Source: Cyanobacteria bacterium P01_F01_bin.150
Lineage (GTDB): Bacteria; Cyanobacteriota; Cyanobacteriia; CAKZMO01
Reading direction: 5' to 3'
DNA: 64,000 bases
Assembly: GCA_039189765.1 (NCBI GenBank)
Contig: JBCCYL010000004.1
Coordinates: 96,001-160,000 of the forward strand
The position numbers and the translations under genes were made by a program. Every line of letters starts with the position of its first letter. Positions within the stretch are counted from its first letter, which is position 1. This document shows positions 33,864 through 45,254 of the stretch, piece by piece. The notes under the pieces were generated by a model. That model was not told where the DNA came from, ran no database searches, and worked only from the letters and a program-made list of their open reading frames with translations.

Positions 33864-36371
33864 TTAAACCTGTACCAACAATGATGTCTGCTCAGTCACC
33901 TTATAAGTAAAGGTGAAGGTGGCCCAGCAGGCCATATCTAAATTATATCGATCGCTTGTCACATCAAGGGCAAGCCGCTCAATCATTGGTTGGCTTGCAT
34001 CATCTAAGTCCTGCAAAATAGAGTGGACCACTGCTAACGGATCGGGGAGAGGAATCATTGTCCGTGCATTGCCACCAGACTGCTTAAGTTGAGGAAGACG
34101 ATTGATGGTTTTTGTAAAAGATTTACAACTGACGATTACGTAAGTAGTGACTAACCCAGGAGAGCTGTTAATTGACCAAGGGACGGCTCTATCTGTACGA
34201 GGCACTACAGTGACAGCATGGTCTGGCAGAAGCCGTTCATCCAGACTTTTGTTTGAACTCACTTTAGAAGACGCCGATTGAGCTTTTCTGGCACGGGATG
34301 AAGGGGTTCCTGATGGGTATAACGCAGTAATGCTTCCTTTGCTGTCAACGTTGATAAGTAAACAGTAGAGTGGGCGATCGCCATAATTATTGAATCGATA
34401 TTGAATGTAGTCCCCCATCTCTACGCTGGGCATAGCACTATTACCTGTCCATTGAAGCGCTAAAGATTGCTCGGGAGTCAAGCCAGAGCGGGATGTTGCC
34501 TGTACCATTATGGACTGAGACAGTCGCTGAGCCTGCTGCGAAGATTTAAGCGTGACTGTTTCCAAACTTACTTCTAGCCCTAAACGGGACCCCGTCTGAT
34601 TTTCAGTCAACTGTAAAAGCTTGAGCGCTAGTAACCCTTGCAATTGAGGCTCCAAATGATGAATCGCCGTTTTAATTGCCTCTCCCGAAAGACTTAAGGT
34701 ATTGTCAATCAGCGATCGTCCTGGCCTAAAAATGCCATACATTTGTTGGATAGAAGCCTCTGCATCGTCACTATCCCTTTTATCTCGAGCATTATTGCCA
34801 GCCTCCACGTTTGAGGGCGATTTTTTTTCTGATAATGGCAGATCCGAGGCATTAATCCGACCAAATAGACAATCTGCATGCTGTTCCCCTGCCACGCTTG
34901 AGGTTACCTTAGAGATGGCAGACAAGGAACTGGTCGCATCGACCCGCTCAATTCTCTCCAAATCACGGTCTAGAGCAACGATAAGCTTGACATCCTTCGG
35001 AATAGCACGGATCTTTTCTTGAATTAAGCTCCCCACAGGAATCGAATCAACCGCAATACTTGAATTAGCAGATGGCACGGGTCGCGCTGTAACTTTTAGG
35101 CCATTATGCGATCGGCCTTGCAAAAGGATAAAGCTATCTTCTCTATTCTCCGTTTCTGCTAAGTTTGCAGTTGCATTTTCGCCTTTTGGAGAAGTGACAG
35201 GGTTGAAAGTAAAACACTCTAGATAGGAAGCTGCGCTACAATACTGAAGAACAGTAGGAGCAAGTCCGGCAAGCCACAATTCTAGACTGCCTTTGTCTTC
35301 ATCATGCTTCAGAACTGAACCATCTGCGCTAAGTGCAGGAGGAGATGACTCAAGATACGCAGACAATGGTCGAGTAGGTTTAACGCTACTGGATAAACTA
35401 GACACCATCGTTTGATACTGCGGTCCGACAAGCTGTTCAATAGCACTAGTGGTTTGGGCCAAACTAATCTGAATAGATGTTTCAGATGTTGTATTCCAAA
35501 GCCTTTGAGTAAGCATATACGTTAACACCCCAGCGCTAAATCCATCCCAGGGGGTTTCTGTTGCAATCCCTTGGTCGTTTGCGCCAGTAAGCAAAACACC
35601 AGGGAACGAACGATCTAAGAATGGGAATCTGGATATCAGATCAATTGATTTACCTTTTCTTCGGCGGCGCTGTAGGGATGAGGCATCCTTTAGAAGGACG
35701 TTTTGTAAAGGTTCTAGACGGGATCGAACTCTTAAATTACCCAGCAATGCGCCTGGTGATTGATAACCAATATCCAATAAAGAGATGACGTTTTTAGTAG
35801 GTAGTGCCTTTAAATAAGATGCCAGTGTTGCCTGTAGAAAATCGCGAAGGTTAGGGGCTTCGGGACTGGGTAACACTCCATCAAAAGGTACTAGGGTCTG
35901 GTAAACGGCAGAGTTCTCATCTGCAAACGCTCCAGACTCTGATTCCAATTCCGATGAAAACTGAACGGTGCTGCCTAGGCCACTGAAATGAAACACCACA
36001 ACATCATGTTCTCTGGCCTGGTCAAGGAGATGTGATTGGAGAGCAGTCTCAATACCATTCCGAGTCGCTTGTTTGTCAACCAATGTAACAATATCTGATG
36101 GAAGAAATCCAAACCGGGAAATCAACAGTTCTCGATGTAGCTCAACATCGGTAATGGAACCTTGAAGAAGGGTCCCTTTTGAGTTGGAAAAACCACAAAC
36201 CTCATCAGCATACTGGTTGATGCCAATGAGGAGTGCCAATTTACGGGAGGTAGGGGCAGCCAGCACGTTTTGATAGCGGCGTGTCAGACGAGATAGACCC
36301 ATCTGACTCAGACCTACACTAGCCAGTGCTAGAGATGCCTGTTGCAAAAGTGCTCGTCGCGTTAAAGTCAC
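33864..36371 (-). CDS. Caspase-like (peptidase C14) protein with C-terminal DUF4384-like domain, Tat-like leader, catalytic dyad lost
   Basis: TRRALLQ, RKLALLIGINQY. FHFSGLG lacks the His and LLDIG lacks the Cys. Confidence 0.82.
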   Translation of the reverse strand: MTLTRRALLQQASLALASVGLSQMGLSRLTRRYQNVLAAPTSRKLALLIGINQYADEVCGFSNSKGTLLQGSITDVELHRELLISRFGFLPSDIVTLVDKQATRNGIETALQSHLLDQAREHDVVVFHFSGLGSTVQFSSELESESGAFADENSAVYQTLVPFDGVLPSPEAPNLRDFLQATLASYLKALPTKNVISLLDIGYQSPGALLGNLRVRSRLEPLQNVLLKDASSLQRRRRKGKSIDLISRFPFLDRSFPGVLLTGANDQGIATETPWDGFSAGVLTYMLTQRLWNTTSETSIQISLAQTTSAIEQLVGPQYQTMVSSLSSSVKPTRPLSAYLESSPPALSADGSVLKHDEDKGSLELWLAGLAPTVLQYCSAASYLECFTFNPVTSPKGENATANLAETENREDSFILLQGRSHNGLKVTARPVPSANSSIAVDSIPVGSLIQEKIRAIPKDVKLIVALDRDLERIERVDATSSLSAISKVTSSVAGEQHADCLFGRINASDLPLSEKKSPSNVEAGNNARDKRDSDDAEASIQQMYGIFRPGRSLIDNTLSLSGEAIKTAIHHLEPQLQGLLALKLLQLTENQTGSRLGLEVSLETVTLKSSQQAQRLSQSIMVQATSRSGLTPEQSLALQWTGNSAMPSVEMGDYIQYRFNNYGDRPLYCLLINVDSKGSITALYPSGTPSSRARKAQSASSKVSSNKSLDERLLPDHAVTVVPRTDRAVPWSINSSPGLVTTYVIVSCKSFTKTINRLPQLKQSGGNARTMIPLPDPLAVVHSILQDLDDASQPMIERLALDVTSDRYNLDMACWATFTFTYKVTEQTSLLVQV

Positions 36372-36400
36372 CGAATGTGTTTACCTCCATAACAATATCC

Positions 36401-37567
36401 CTATTGTTGCATTGCACGGGCTAATTCTGCTGCAACTTCGGGACGAGAAAACTCAGGGGGGGGAAGTTCTCCCTGACGCAACATGGCTCGCACTTTTGTG
36501 CCCGATAGGTGAATTCGATCTTCCTTCTCGCTAGGGCTGGTCTTGCTCGTCGCCATACCGCCTGTTTTCTTACAGTAGAAAGCATGCTCAAACTTCATGG
36601 GTGTAATTCCCAACGCACCGGGGTCGAACTCATTAAATATATGTTGAGCATCGTAGGTGCCATAGTAATCTCCCACCCCTGCATGGTCACGACCCACGAT
36701 AAAGTGAGTGCAACCATAATTCTTACGAATCAATGCATGGAAGATGGCTTCGCGGGGACCTGCATATCGCATGGCAGACGGATTAATTGCCAAAATCACC
36801 CTATCTTTTGGAAAATAATTTTCCATCATGATTTCATAACAACGCATTCTGACATCTGCTGGAATATCATCACTCTTTGTTGCACCAACTAGTGGATGCA
36901 GGAATAGACCATCCACTGTTTCCAATGCACATTTTTGAATGTACTCATGAGCCCGATGGATGGGATTGCGAGTTTGAAACCCAACAACGGTCTTCCAGCC
37001 TCTTTCCGAAAAGGCCACACGAGATGCCGCTGGGTCAATTTGATAGCTGGGGAACAATGGGTGAGGCTGACGTTCTAACAACCATACTGGACCAGCAAGG
37101 TTAACGGCACCTTGCTCATAGATAACTTTAACGCCAGGGTGCGCGTCTTCGTCTGTACGATAGACATTGACGGCCTCATGCTTTTTATCGTATGTATACT
37201 TTTCGGTTAACTCTAGTACTCCAACAAATTCACCGGATGGGTCATCTAGACGAATTAAGCTGCCTTCAGTTAGGTTACCCGCTTCTTCTTCCGACACGGA
37301 AAGAGTTACGGGTACAGACCATGGCAAACCGTTGGCCAAGTGCATGGATTCCACAACAGATAGATAATCTGCTTTCTCCATAAATCCTTCTAAAGGACTG
37401 AATCCTCCGATAGCAATCATCTCAAGATCAGATGTTGCCCGCTTATCTAACGTAAGACGAGGCAGGGCGTCTGCTTTTGCTAAAAATTCTGCTTTCTGCT
37501 CTGACGTAGCAATTCTATTAATTAGTGTGCCACCATGGGGGGCAATTAGCTCAGATGCTTGGCTCAA
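36401..37567 (-). CDS. sat: Sulfate adenylyltransferase
   Basis: [41 protein letters not shown]. Confidence 0.97.
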   Translation of the reverse strand: MSQASELIAPHGGTLINRIATSEQKAEFLAKADALPRLTLDKRATSDLEMIAIGGFSPLEGFMEKADYLSVVESMHLANGLPWSVPVTLSVSEEEAGNLTEGSLIRLDDPSGEFVGVLELTEKYTYDKKHEAVNVYRTDEDAHPGVKVIYEQGAVNLAGPVWLLERQPHPLFPSYQIDPAASRVAFSERGWKTVVGFQTRNPIHRAHEYIQKCALETVDGLFLHPLVGATKSDDIPADVRMRCYEIMMENYFPKDRVILAINPSAMRYAGPREAIFHALIRKNYGCTHFIVGRDHAGVGDYYGTYDAQHIFNEFDPGALGITPMKFEHAFYCKKTGGMATSKTSPSEKEDRIHLSGTKVRAMLRQGELPPPEFSRPEVAAELARAMQQ

Positions 37568-37752
37568 AGTTGTCTCCTATGCTCTGCGTTTAATAATTAC
37601 AAATACGGCTTGCTGGAAATTCATCCACGCAAGCCACTTAACTAGGAATAGCTGAAACAGCTCTACTTTAACTGCTTTTTCGTCGATATCCTAGTATGAC
37701 CACGAAGAGGCGGATCCTTTCATTTTGAGATAATCATCGTATCTTTATCTTC

Positions 37753-38820
37753 CTAATTCTTTTCTAAAGTCTCGATAAGTCCTCCTCCCAGAACCATCTC
37801 TCCGCTGTAAAACACTGCAGCTTGTCCAGGAGTAATACTGAATTGAGGCTCACTGAACTGAACCTTCACTCGATTAGATGTACTATCCAAAGGAATGATA
37901 GTGGCAGGTGAGGCTGGAGAGCGATACCGGATTTGTACGTTTGCCTGGATTGGCGCTTTGGGGGGGGGAATGGACACCCAATTCACTCGATAAGTCGTAC
38001 ATTCTGGATAGTAGGCGCTTTGGCGATCGCCCACAACAACCTGGTTGCGACCAACATCAATCTCTACAACGTATAGCGGGTGAGGAGCAGCAATGCCCAA
38101 ACCTTTACGTTGTCCAATCGTGTAATTATGAATACCGTTATGCTGTCCCAAGACAACACCTGAAGTGTCAACAATATTGCCAGGCTTCGGGGCTAAGTAC
38201 TGTTCCAAAAAGTCTTTCATGGAACCGTGGGATTCAATTAAACATAAATCCTGGCTTTCAGGCTTCTCCGCAGTGTGTAGTTTAAACTCAGCAGCAATGC
38301 GACGCGTCGCATCTTTCGTTTGATGCCCCAAAGGAAATTCTGTCCGGGCTAAAACATCTTGAGTCAGGTCATATAGAAAATAGGACTGGTCTTTCTTTTT
38401 ATCAAAGGCTCGGAGGAGCTGATAGCGATCGCTATTTGCATCATATTGAATTCGAGCATAGTGCCCTGTTGCAATGGTGTCGATGCCCAGCTCATTTTGA
38501 GCATAGTCCAGCATGGGTCTGAACTTAACAGCGCGATTGCACTGAGAACAGGGCAGTGGTGTAATTCCTGTGCTGTATCCTTCCACCAGATAATCGACAA
38601 TCTCAGATTGAAATACATCTCGACTATCGACAACATGGTACGGAATCTCTAACTCTTCACACAGTTGAGCTGCATCAACCATACCTTCTGAGCAGCATTG
38701 CCCTTTGCCCTTCATTAGCCATAGGGTCAGTCCCTCAACTTTATAGCCTTGGTGGTGAAGGGTTGCAGCCGCAACTGAGCTATCCACACCACCAGATAAT
38801 CCGACTACAATTTTTTTCAT
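37753..38820 (-). CDS. mnmA: tRNA 2-thiouridylase
   Basis: [40 protein letters not shown]. Confidence 0.96.
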   Translation of the reverse strand: MKKIVVGLSGGVDSSVAAATLHHQGYKVEGLTLWLMKGKGQCCSEGMVDAAQLCEELEIPYHVVDSRDVFQSEIVDYLVEGYSTGITPLPCSQCNRAVKFRPMLDYAQNELGIDTIATGHYARIQYDANSDRYQLLRAFDKKKDQSYFLYDLTQDVLARTEFPLGHQTKDATRRIAAEFKLHTAEKPESQDLCLIESHGSMKDFLEQYLAPKPGNIVDTSGVVLGQHNGIHNYTIGQRKGLGIAAPHPLYVVEIDVGRNQVVVGDRQSAYYPECTTYRVNWVSIPPPKAPIQANVQIRYRSPASPATIIPLDSTSNRVKVQFSEPQFSITPGQAAVFYSGEMVLGGGLIETLEKN

Positions 38821-39167
38821 GACTCGTTTGCTTGGATTCTATAAGTTAGAGCGTGAAGAGAGTTGAAGAAGAGGTTCAATTTCTATGCATCTCTGCGTCT
38901 CCAGGGTAACATTTAGCAGCAAAGCCGTGATCGAAATTTGCGAGGTCTATAATCGAAACGGTTTGAGGGTTTCGTTTTAAGGCGAAACAAAATTAACGTT
39001 GTTGTGGGCGCGACGTGCTCACAACAACCGCCTAAAGTTGGTACCCCATAACTTCAATCAGGTGTGCAACAAAGTCAGTGGTCATTGTCAGTGGTCATTA
39101 AGTGAAAGGATTCCACATCTCCACTAGCATTTAGAGCTGATACTCCATTGGTCTTATTGTTTGCATA

Positions 39168-40196
39168 ATGGTCTTGAGTCATCTTTTTCCTCAATATCCC
39201 CAAATCTGTATGTTTATTCAATTGCCCACTCTAGGTTCTACCCAAGCGGTCTCAGGCCCCCGCTTATTCCACTCCCATGTGAACGCGAAACGGCGTTCAT
39301 CTCAAGTTATGCTTTTTTCCCTACGTTATTTCTTGGGAGGTGTATTGCTGACTCTAATTCCCTTGTTTGGAACTGTAGCTTTTGCCAATACTGAAGAGCC
39401 GTTATTCGCTCAACGAGTGGTCGATGGTCTGCCACCGCCGCCGCCTATCCCCGATTTGCAAATTCCTGATGAAGCAGAACTTCCTAGGGGCAATGGCCCA
39501 TTGGATGTGGTGCAAGAAGACTCTGGAGCACTGTATATGGTCTATGTCAATGGTGACAGTCCTCTTCTTCTTGAGCAGGTTCAGCAGGTGGAGCCTACGG
39601 CCTCGGTTCAGCCCTATGAGGGGCAGAAGGTAATTTTAGCTGGACTATTTGATAGTTCTAGAACAGCAAATGAACAGGCAGAGAGATTAGGACAAAAGGG
39701 TATTGAAGCCAGTGTGGTGTCTGTATCTAGCGTTGTATTATCACCCAGTAATGACCGCCCAGTTAGCCGTAATCCTGAGATGTCTGGGCAAGATAGACAG
39801 GCGTTACTATCGGATCTCCCTCCGGCCGATCCCCCATCCCCCATAAACAGTGCGTCCAGCCGTTCCCGCCCCAGTGTATCGGTGGAGACTCCCAACATTG
39901 GGAGTTCCAGCGGCATAAATGAAGCGCCCCCGGCTACTGCTAACACCAATGTCACAAACCTGCCTCGCCGAGACAATGCGTATTATGTGGTAATTCCTGG
40001 AGATACAGAGGAATTAAACAGCTTATTGGAACAGGTTGTCTTGCTGGGAGCGGTACAAAACGCGGTTGAACAACGCGATCGCCCTTTAGGTCCCCACCTT
40101 TTGGTTGGTCCCTTCGTTGATCAGGATGCGGCGACCCGATGGAATCGCTATTTCCAAGACTTTGGCATGGATGCACGGGTGTACTATAAACGTTAG
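39168..40196 (+). CDS. Hypothetical exported protein with two SPOR-like domains (start uncertain)
   Basis: YMVYVNGDS...LAGLF...AERLGQKGIEA and YYVVIPG...VGPF...FGMDARVYY. Confidence 0.65.
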   Translation: MVLSHLFPQYPQICMFIQLPTLGSTQAVSGPRLFHSHVNAKRRSSQVMLFSLRYFLGGVLLTLIPLFGTVAFANTEEPLFAQRVVDGLPPPPPIPDLQIPDEAELPRGNGPLDVVQEDSGALYMVYVNGDSPLLLEQVQQVEPTASVQPYEGQKVILAGLFDSSRTANEQAERLGQKGIEASVVSVSSVVLSPSNDRPVSRNPEMSGQDRQALLSDLPPADPPSPINSASSRSRPSVSVETPNIGSSSGINEAPPATANTNVTNLPRRDNAYYVVIPGDTEELNSLLEQVVLLGAVQNAVEQRDRPLGPHLLVGPFVDQDAATRWNRYFQDFGMDARVYYKR

Positions 40197-40383
40197 CACC
40201 AAGATATAGAACACAGTATTGAGTACAAAAACGGCAGTCTGGAGCGCGGATGCTCCATATTGCTTATTGAAGGTGTCACTCTTAGCAGAGCGCTGACAGA
40301 GTTTTTGGTTATCCTATTTGGTGATGACCATAATGGGCAGTTTTAAGCGATTAAAACTGTACGCTAGATAGAGTTACATAGCA

Positions 40384-42012
40384 TTGATGCAAGACTTAAA
40401 AAATAAAATACAGTCCCAAAGGCGGAAAGAGGTTATTCAGCAAGTTGTGGTGACGGCAGAGCAAATGCAGGCCATTGAATCCCGCATCTTCAATGCTGGC
40501 TTTCCGGTAGCGGCCCTTATGGAAAAGGTGGCAGGGCGAATCACAGAAAAGATCTGTAACCTTTATCCGATCAACCATTCTTCATTCAAAGTCGGCATGT
40601 TGGTGGGACCAGGTCACAATGGCGGAGATGCCCTTGTCGTAGCCCGTGAGCTATTTTTGAGGGGCTATGAAGTGCTTTGTTATCAGCCGTCGAAAAAGTT
40701 CAAGCCTTTAACCGCCGACCATGCTCGATATGCTGCGAGCTTGGGCGTTAGGTTTCTAAATGGGGTTGAGACCTTTGCTCAGTGCGACTTGATTGTTGAT
40801 GGATTGTTTGGATTTGGTCTAAATCGTGACCTGGTAGGGATGATCGCCCATACTGTTGATTCGATTAATGCGATCGCCCACCAGTATGAGATCCCCGTCG
40901 TCAGCATTGATCTACCATCGGGCATCCACTCAGACACGGGAGCAGTATTGGGCACCGCCATTGGCGCTACTCATACCCTTTGTTTGGGATTATGGAAACA
41001 AGGGCTATTTCAAGATGATGCGCTACTCTACACGGGAAAAAGTGAGCTGATTGATTTTGATATTCCATTAGCGGACATAGAGACTATCTTAGGCCCTACC
41101 CCCTTAATTCAACGTATTACGAAGAAATCTGCCCTAAGTTTCTTGCCAATTCCCCGTCCCCTTACCACTCACAAATATAAAGAGGGGCATCTTCTCTGCA
41201 TTTGTGGGTCTCAACGCTACATGGGTGCCGCTATTTTAACAGGTTTGGCGGCACGAGCGAGTGGAGTAGGCTTACTATCAATCGCAGTACCGTCTGGATT
41301 AAAGACAGCGATCGCCACTCGTATTCCCGATGCCATTACGATTGGGTGTCCTGAGACTGCATCGGGGGCGATCGCCCACCTCCCAGAGGATGTTGGTTTT
41401 GGAGAAGGCTTAGAAAAATATGATGCGATCGCCTGCGGCCCAGGATTATCCATTGAAGCGTTGCATGTGATTGAGAAGCTATTGGCACAGATGATGTCCA
41501 GCACCATACCGTTGCTTTTGGATGCAGATGGATTAAATGGAATGGCAAAGCTAGGGATCAAACAATTAAAATCCCGTCCTGGGTTAACGGTTTTGACGCC
41601 TCATTTGGGAGAATTTAAGCGGTTATTCCCTAGCATCGCACCAATGACAGATCGAATAAAGATGGCCCAATCTGCGGCGGAAACCAGTGGGGCGATGGTG
41701 GTTCTAAAAGGCGGTAGGGTGGCGATCGCCCATCCTGACGGCAGGGCCTGGATTAATCCTGAGAGCACCCCTGCGCTTGCTCGGGGAGGTAGTGGTGATG
41801 TGCTAACTGGATTAATGGGCGGGTTGATGGCTCAGGCAACAGTGCGTGGCCTGGATATAACAAGTATGGCCGCTACCGCAGTTTGGTGGCATGCCCAGGC
41901 AGGACGGGTAGCGGCCCAAGAGCGGACGGAGCTGGGAGTGGATGCGGAAACATTGGCTCAGTATTTGATTCCAATGCTCCAATCAACAGATTACATAAAC
42001 GATGCAGATTAA
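40384..42012 (+). CDS. nnr: Bifunctional NAD(P)H-hydrate epimerase/dehydratase
   Basis: LMEKVA, GPGHNGGD, DLPSG, DADGL, LTPHLGEF, LARGGSGDVLTG. Confidence 0.92.
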   Translation: MMQDLKNKIQSQRRKEVIQQVVVTAEQMQAIESRIFNAGFPVAALMEKVAGRITEKICNLYPINHSSFKVGMLVGPGHNGGDALVVARELFLRGYEVLCYQPSKKFKPLTADHARYAASLGVRFLNGVETFAQCDLIVDGLFGFGLNRDLVGMIAHTVDSINAIAHQYEIPVVSIDLPSGIHSDTGAVLGTAIGATHTLCLGLWKQGLFQDDALLYTGKSELIDFDIPLADIETILGPTPLIQRITKKSALSFLPIPRPLTTHKYKEGHLLCICGSQRYMGAAILTGLAARASGVGLLSIAVPSGLKTAIATRIPDAITIGCPETASGAIAHLPEDVGFGEGLEKYDAIACGPGLSIEALHVIEKLLAQMMSSTIPLLLDADGLNGMAKLGIKQLKSRPGLTVLTPHLGEFKRLFPSIAPMTDRIKMAQSAAETSGAMVVLKGGRVAIAHPDGRAWINPESTPALARGGSGDVLTGLMGGLMAQATVRGLDITSMAATAVWWHAQAGRVAAQERTELGVDAETLAQYLIPMLQSTDYINDAD

Positions 42013-42085
42013 AAGAATCCTGGTGTTGGTTGAGTAGAGGTTAAGAAGAGATTAAACTATGGTGTGGCAAATGCAGCCTTTAAGA

Positions 42086-42127
42086 GTAGTTCCCCATACT
42101 TTTTTGTGTGCCGTATAGAGCTATTTT
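42086..42127 (+). promoter_or_regulatory. NtcA-activated promoter of the amino-acid ABC operon
   Basis: GTA-GTTCCCCA-TAC (42086-42099), 22 nt spacer, then TATTTT (TAN3T) at 42122. Confidence 0.65.
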
Positions 42128-42427
42128 GCTTATATCTTTTAGATCGGTAGAGATATCCAGACTCCTTCTTCTGCTAATCAGTTGGGGAAGGATTGAGACG
42201 GCGGTCTTTGAACTGGAGAGGCGCGATCGCTGGCTCATAATTAACGGCGGTCTGACCTGTTTCAGTACATTTCCGTGAGCTGCTATTCTTAATGGAAACT
42301 CGACCTAAGTTTTGATATTGCTGCTGGGGATCAGAGGTACGGTCATTGCTGGCCATATCTTTGCATAATTCTCTTGGCGTATGTAGCTGAATGGCGTGTT
42401 GATTTAATAAAAGTGAGTGAGTGAGAT

Positions 42428-43501
42428 ATGAAAATTAGTAAATGGCGTTCAATGCTGCTTGCATCCATGCTACTAGTCGCTCCCATTGCGGCTTGTGCGA
42501 CGGCTGAGACGGCTGTTGATGAAGCGACCGATGCGGTTTCCAGTGCAGTATCTGGTAGCCGTTTGGATACCGTCAAAAATCGTGGCACTCTGATCTGTGG
42601 TGTTGAGGGAAGTATTCCTGGATTTAGTTTTGTTGGTTCAGATGGGGCCTACTCTGGTTTGGATGTAGATGTCTGTAAGGCCGTTGCCGCAGCCGTTTTG
42701 GGCGACCCAGATGCGGTTGAGTACCGTAATCTGGACTCCACTGAACGTTTCACTGCCTTACGAGGTGGAGAGGTAGACATGCTATCTCGTAACACAACGT
42801 GGACCCTTAGCCGGGATGCAACGGGTGGAAACGCTATGGAATTTGCGCCCACCACCTTCTTTGATGCCCAAGGCATGATGGTTCGTGCGGATAGTGGAAT
42901 CACTTCTTTGGAAGACTTCGAAGGTCGCTCCATCTGTGTTGAAACTGGAACAACGACTGAGCTAAACTTGACCTCTCGCATGGGCGAGTTGGGTGTAACC
43001 TACACTGACGTGAAGTTTCAGGAAGGAACAGAAGCTGCTGAAGCCTATTTGTCTGAACGGTGTGAAGGTCTAACGTCGGATAAGTCTCAGCTCTTTGCCC
43101 GTCGTAGCCAATTTGATGCGCCCGATGAGCATATTTTGTTGGATGTCAGCATGTCGAAGGAACCCTTGGGACCTGTGACGCCTAATAATGACTCCCAGTG
43201 GTTTGATGTGGTCAAGTGGGTGACCTATGGGTTAATCCAAGCAGAAGAGTTTGGTGTCACCCAAGCCAACGTGTCTGAAACGGTAGGTTCTACTGAGAGC
43301 CAAGACGTCAAGAATTTCCTTGGCGCAGATGGTGACTTGGGAACCCAATTGGGCCTAGAGAATGACTTTATGGTCAAGGCGATCTCTGCTGTCGGTAACT
43401 ATGGTGAGATCTATGACCGCAACATTGGTGAGGGCATTCCCCGTGGTTTGAACAAGCTTTGGACCGATGGTGGTTTGATGTACGCTCCCCCCGCTCGTTA
43501 G
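42428..43501 (+). CDS. General L-amino-acid ABC substrate-binding protein (AapJ/NatF-like)
   Basis: Lipobox IAAC, LSRNTTWT, GTTTELN, SKEPLGP, VGNYGEIYDRN. Confidence 0.9.
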   Translation: MKISKWRSMLLASMLLVAPIAACATAETAVDEATDAVSSAVSGSRLDTVKNRGTLICGVEGSIPGFSFVGSDGAYSGLDVDVCKAVAAAVLGDPDAVEYRNLDSTERFTALRGGEVDMLSRNTTWTLSRDATGGNAMEFAPTTFFDAQGMMVRADSGITSLEDFEGRSICVETGTTTELNLTSRMGELGVTYTDVKFQEGTEAAEAYLSERCEGLTSDKSQLFARRSQFDAPDEHILLDVSMSKEPLGPVTPNNDSQWFDVVKWVTYGLIQAEEFGVTQANVSETVGSTESQDVKNFLGADGDLGTQLGLENDFMVKAISAVGNYGEIYDRNIGEGIPRGLNKLWTDGGLMYAPPAR

Positions 43502-43542
43502 ATTTGCTCATTCATTACCCCAGCATTATGTTAAGAGCCTCT

Positions 43543-43577
43543 AACGAATTGTGTCGGCCTCGCCGACACAATTCGTT
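43543..43577. repeat. Perfect 16-bp-stem hairpin after the substrate-binding gene
   Basis: AACGAATTGTGTCGGC-CTC-GCCGACACAATTCGTT. Confidence 0.8.
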
Positions 43578-43753
43578 CAAAATGAAAGAAACACGTCATG
43601 TTTCTTAGGAGAGGTTCTGACATGATGCCTCTGGTGCATTTCGCTTCGCTTTTCTTGAATACCTTTTGGGCTATACGACACTCCATATATCTGCTCTGGG
43701 GTGTCGTTAGTCATAGGCTGGGTATAACCTATCGGCATTCGAGAAAAGCAAAT

Positions 43754-43823
43754 GTAGGGTGCGTTATCACGCACCGCTTCCGGCTGATATTTGATGGATA
43801 TGGTGCGTTGCCACTCACCCTAC
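43754..43823. repeat. GTAG-type REP doublet; a single related REP lies at 52822-52853
   Basis: GTAGGGTGCGTTATCACGCACC...GGTGCGTTG...CACCCTAC. Confidence 0.65.
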
Positions 43824-43985
43824 TATGATCTGAGTGATGTCAATCAATACACGATAGAATCAGCCTTTCAGGCATAGACTTATATTTCGCCAACATCATC
43901 AGTCGCCTCACTCCAACCTACACAGCTAATTTTTTACCGATCCCCCGCCAACGACCTCGTGATTCCCACTTTGGATGCATGACCT

Positions 43986-45179
43986 ATGACCGCTGATACC
44001 ACGGAACGCATTGCGATTTGGCGCGACGAACGCTTTTGGAAAATTGTCTTTCAAGTGATTGTTCTGGCCAGCGTAATTGGATTGATTGCTCTGCTCATTC
44101 ACAATATGAATGTCAATTTGCAGAAAACTAACCGAGAATTTGATTTTGGATTTTTAAGGTTTTCAGCATCTTTTAATATTGGGGAAACAATCATTCCGTA
44201 CAGCCCTTCCGATAGTTTTCGGTATGCTTTTTTAGTGGGTTTGTTAAATACGGTACGCGTCATCATACCGGGATTTATTTTAACGACGCTGCTGGGAGTA
44301 TTTGTGGGCGTCGCCAGCTTTTCTGACAATTGGTTAGTTAGAAAGCTGAGTTTGGTTTACGTGGAAGTTATTCGCAATATTCCTCTATTGCTCCAGCTTA
44401 TTTTTTGGTATTTTGCTGTCTTTCTCAATCTCCCAAGAGTCAAGGATCAGCTACAATTGCCGCTGTCAGTATTTATGAGTAAAGCTGGGATTTCCATTCC
44501 TTGGCCGGAACTTAGCCAGGGGTTTTGGGGATGGTGTGGTGTTTTATTTGTGGGGGCGATCGCCGCATGGCTCATTTGGAGGTGGCGTACGTTAGTTATT
44601 GTTGAAAAGGGCCAGTCAGGTCAGCCTCAGTTGATGATTTTGCTGGGAATGGCAATCGCATCTTTGGCTATTTTCTTCTTTGGATTCAACTGGGTGTTTC
44701 CTAGCCTACTCATCGATCAGGTCACCCAAGAACCCGACACCACACGAACAGCCGTTGGTGGACTAAAACTATCTCTTGAATACACGACATTACTTACAGG
44801 ACTGGTGGTTTACACTGCCGCATTTATTGCCGAAATTGTGCGCAGTGGGATTCAATCTGTATCTAAGGGCCAGTGGGAAGCGGCTGGATCTTTAGGATTA
44901 AAGTCCGGTCTGGTTATGCAGCTTGTGGTGCTGCCCCAAGCGCTACGGGTGATTATTCCGCCTCTTAATAGCCAGTATATGAACCTGGCTAAAAACTCTA
45001 GTTTGGCACTAGTCATTGGCTACCCCGACTTGTACTCGGTCAATAGCACGATCTTTAACCAGACGGGAAAACCAGTGGAAGTGTTCACCATGATTATGTT
45101 CACGTATCTTGCCATTAGCCTAACCATTTCAATAGTGATGAACTGGATTAATAAAGCCGTCGAGTTGCAAACAAGGTAG
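43986..45179 (+). CDS. Amino-acid ABC permease (AapQ/NatG-like)
   Basis: RNIPLLLQL, AFIAEIVRSGIQSV, GQWEAA, NLAKNSSLA. Confidence 0.9.
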   Translation: MTADTTERIAIWRDERFWKIVFQVIVLASVIGLIALLIHNMNVNLQKTNREFDFGFLRFSASFNIGETIIPYSPSDSFRYAFLVGLLNTVRVIIPGFILTTLLGVFVGVASFSDNWLVRKLSLVYVEVIRNIPLLLQLIFWYFAVFLNLPRVKDQLQLPLSVFMSKAGISIPWPELSQGFWGWCGVLFVGAIAAWLIWRWRTLVIVEKGQSGQPQLMILLGMAIASLAIFFFGFNWVFPSLLIDQVTQEPDTTRTAVGGLKLSLEYTTLLTGLVVYTAAFIAEIVRSGIQSVSKGQWEAAGSLGLKSGLVMQLVVLPQALRVIIPPLNSQYMNLAKNSSLALVIGYPDLYSVNSTIFNQTGKPVEVFTMIMFTYLAISLTISIVMNWINKAVELQTR

Positions 45180-45254
45180 CCTCTTCAACCCTATTTGCCT
45201 GCTTCAATATCTCTCATCACCCCTTCTCCATATCTCCGCAAATTGTGACTCATT

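Noticed and set aside
43577..43828. Short ORFs in the ABC operon spacer
   Set aside because: They overlap REP and hairpin DNA and have no protein-like motifs.
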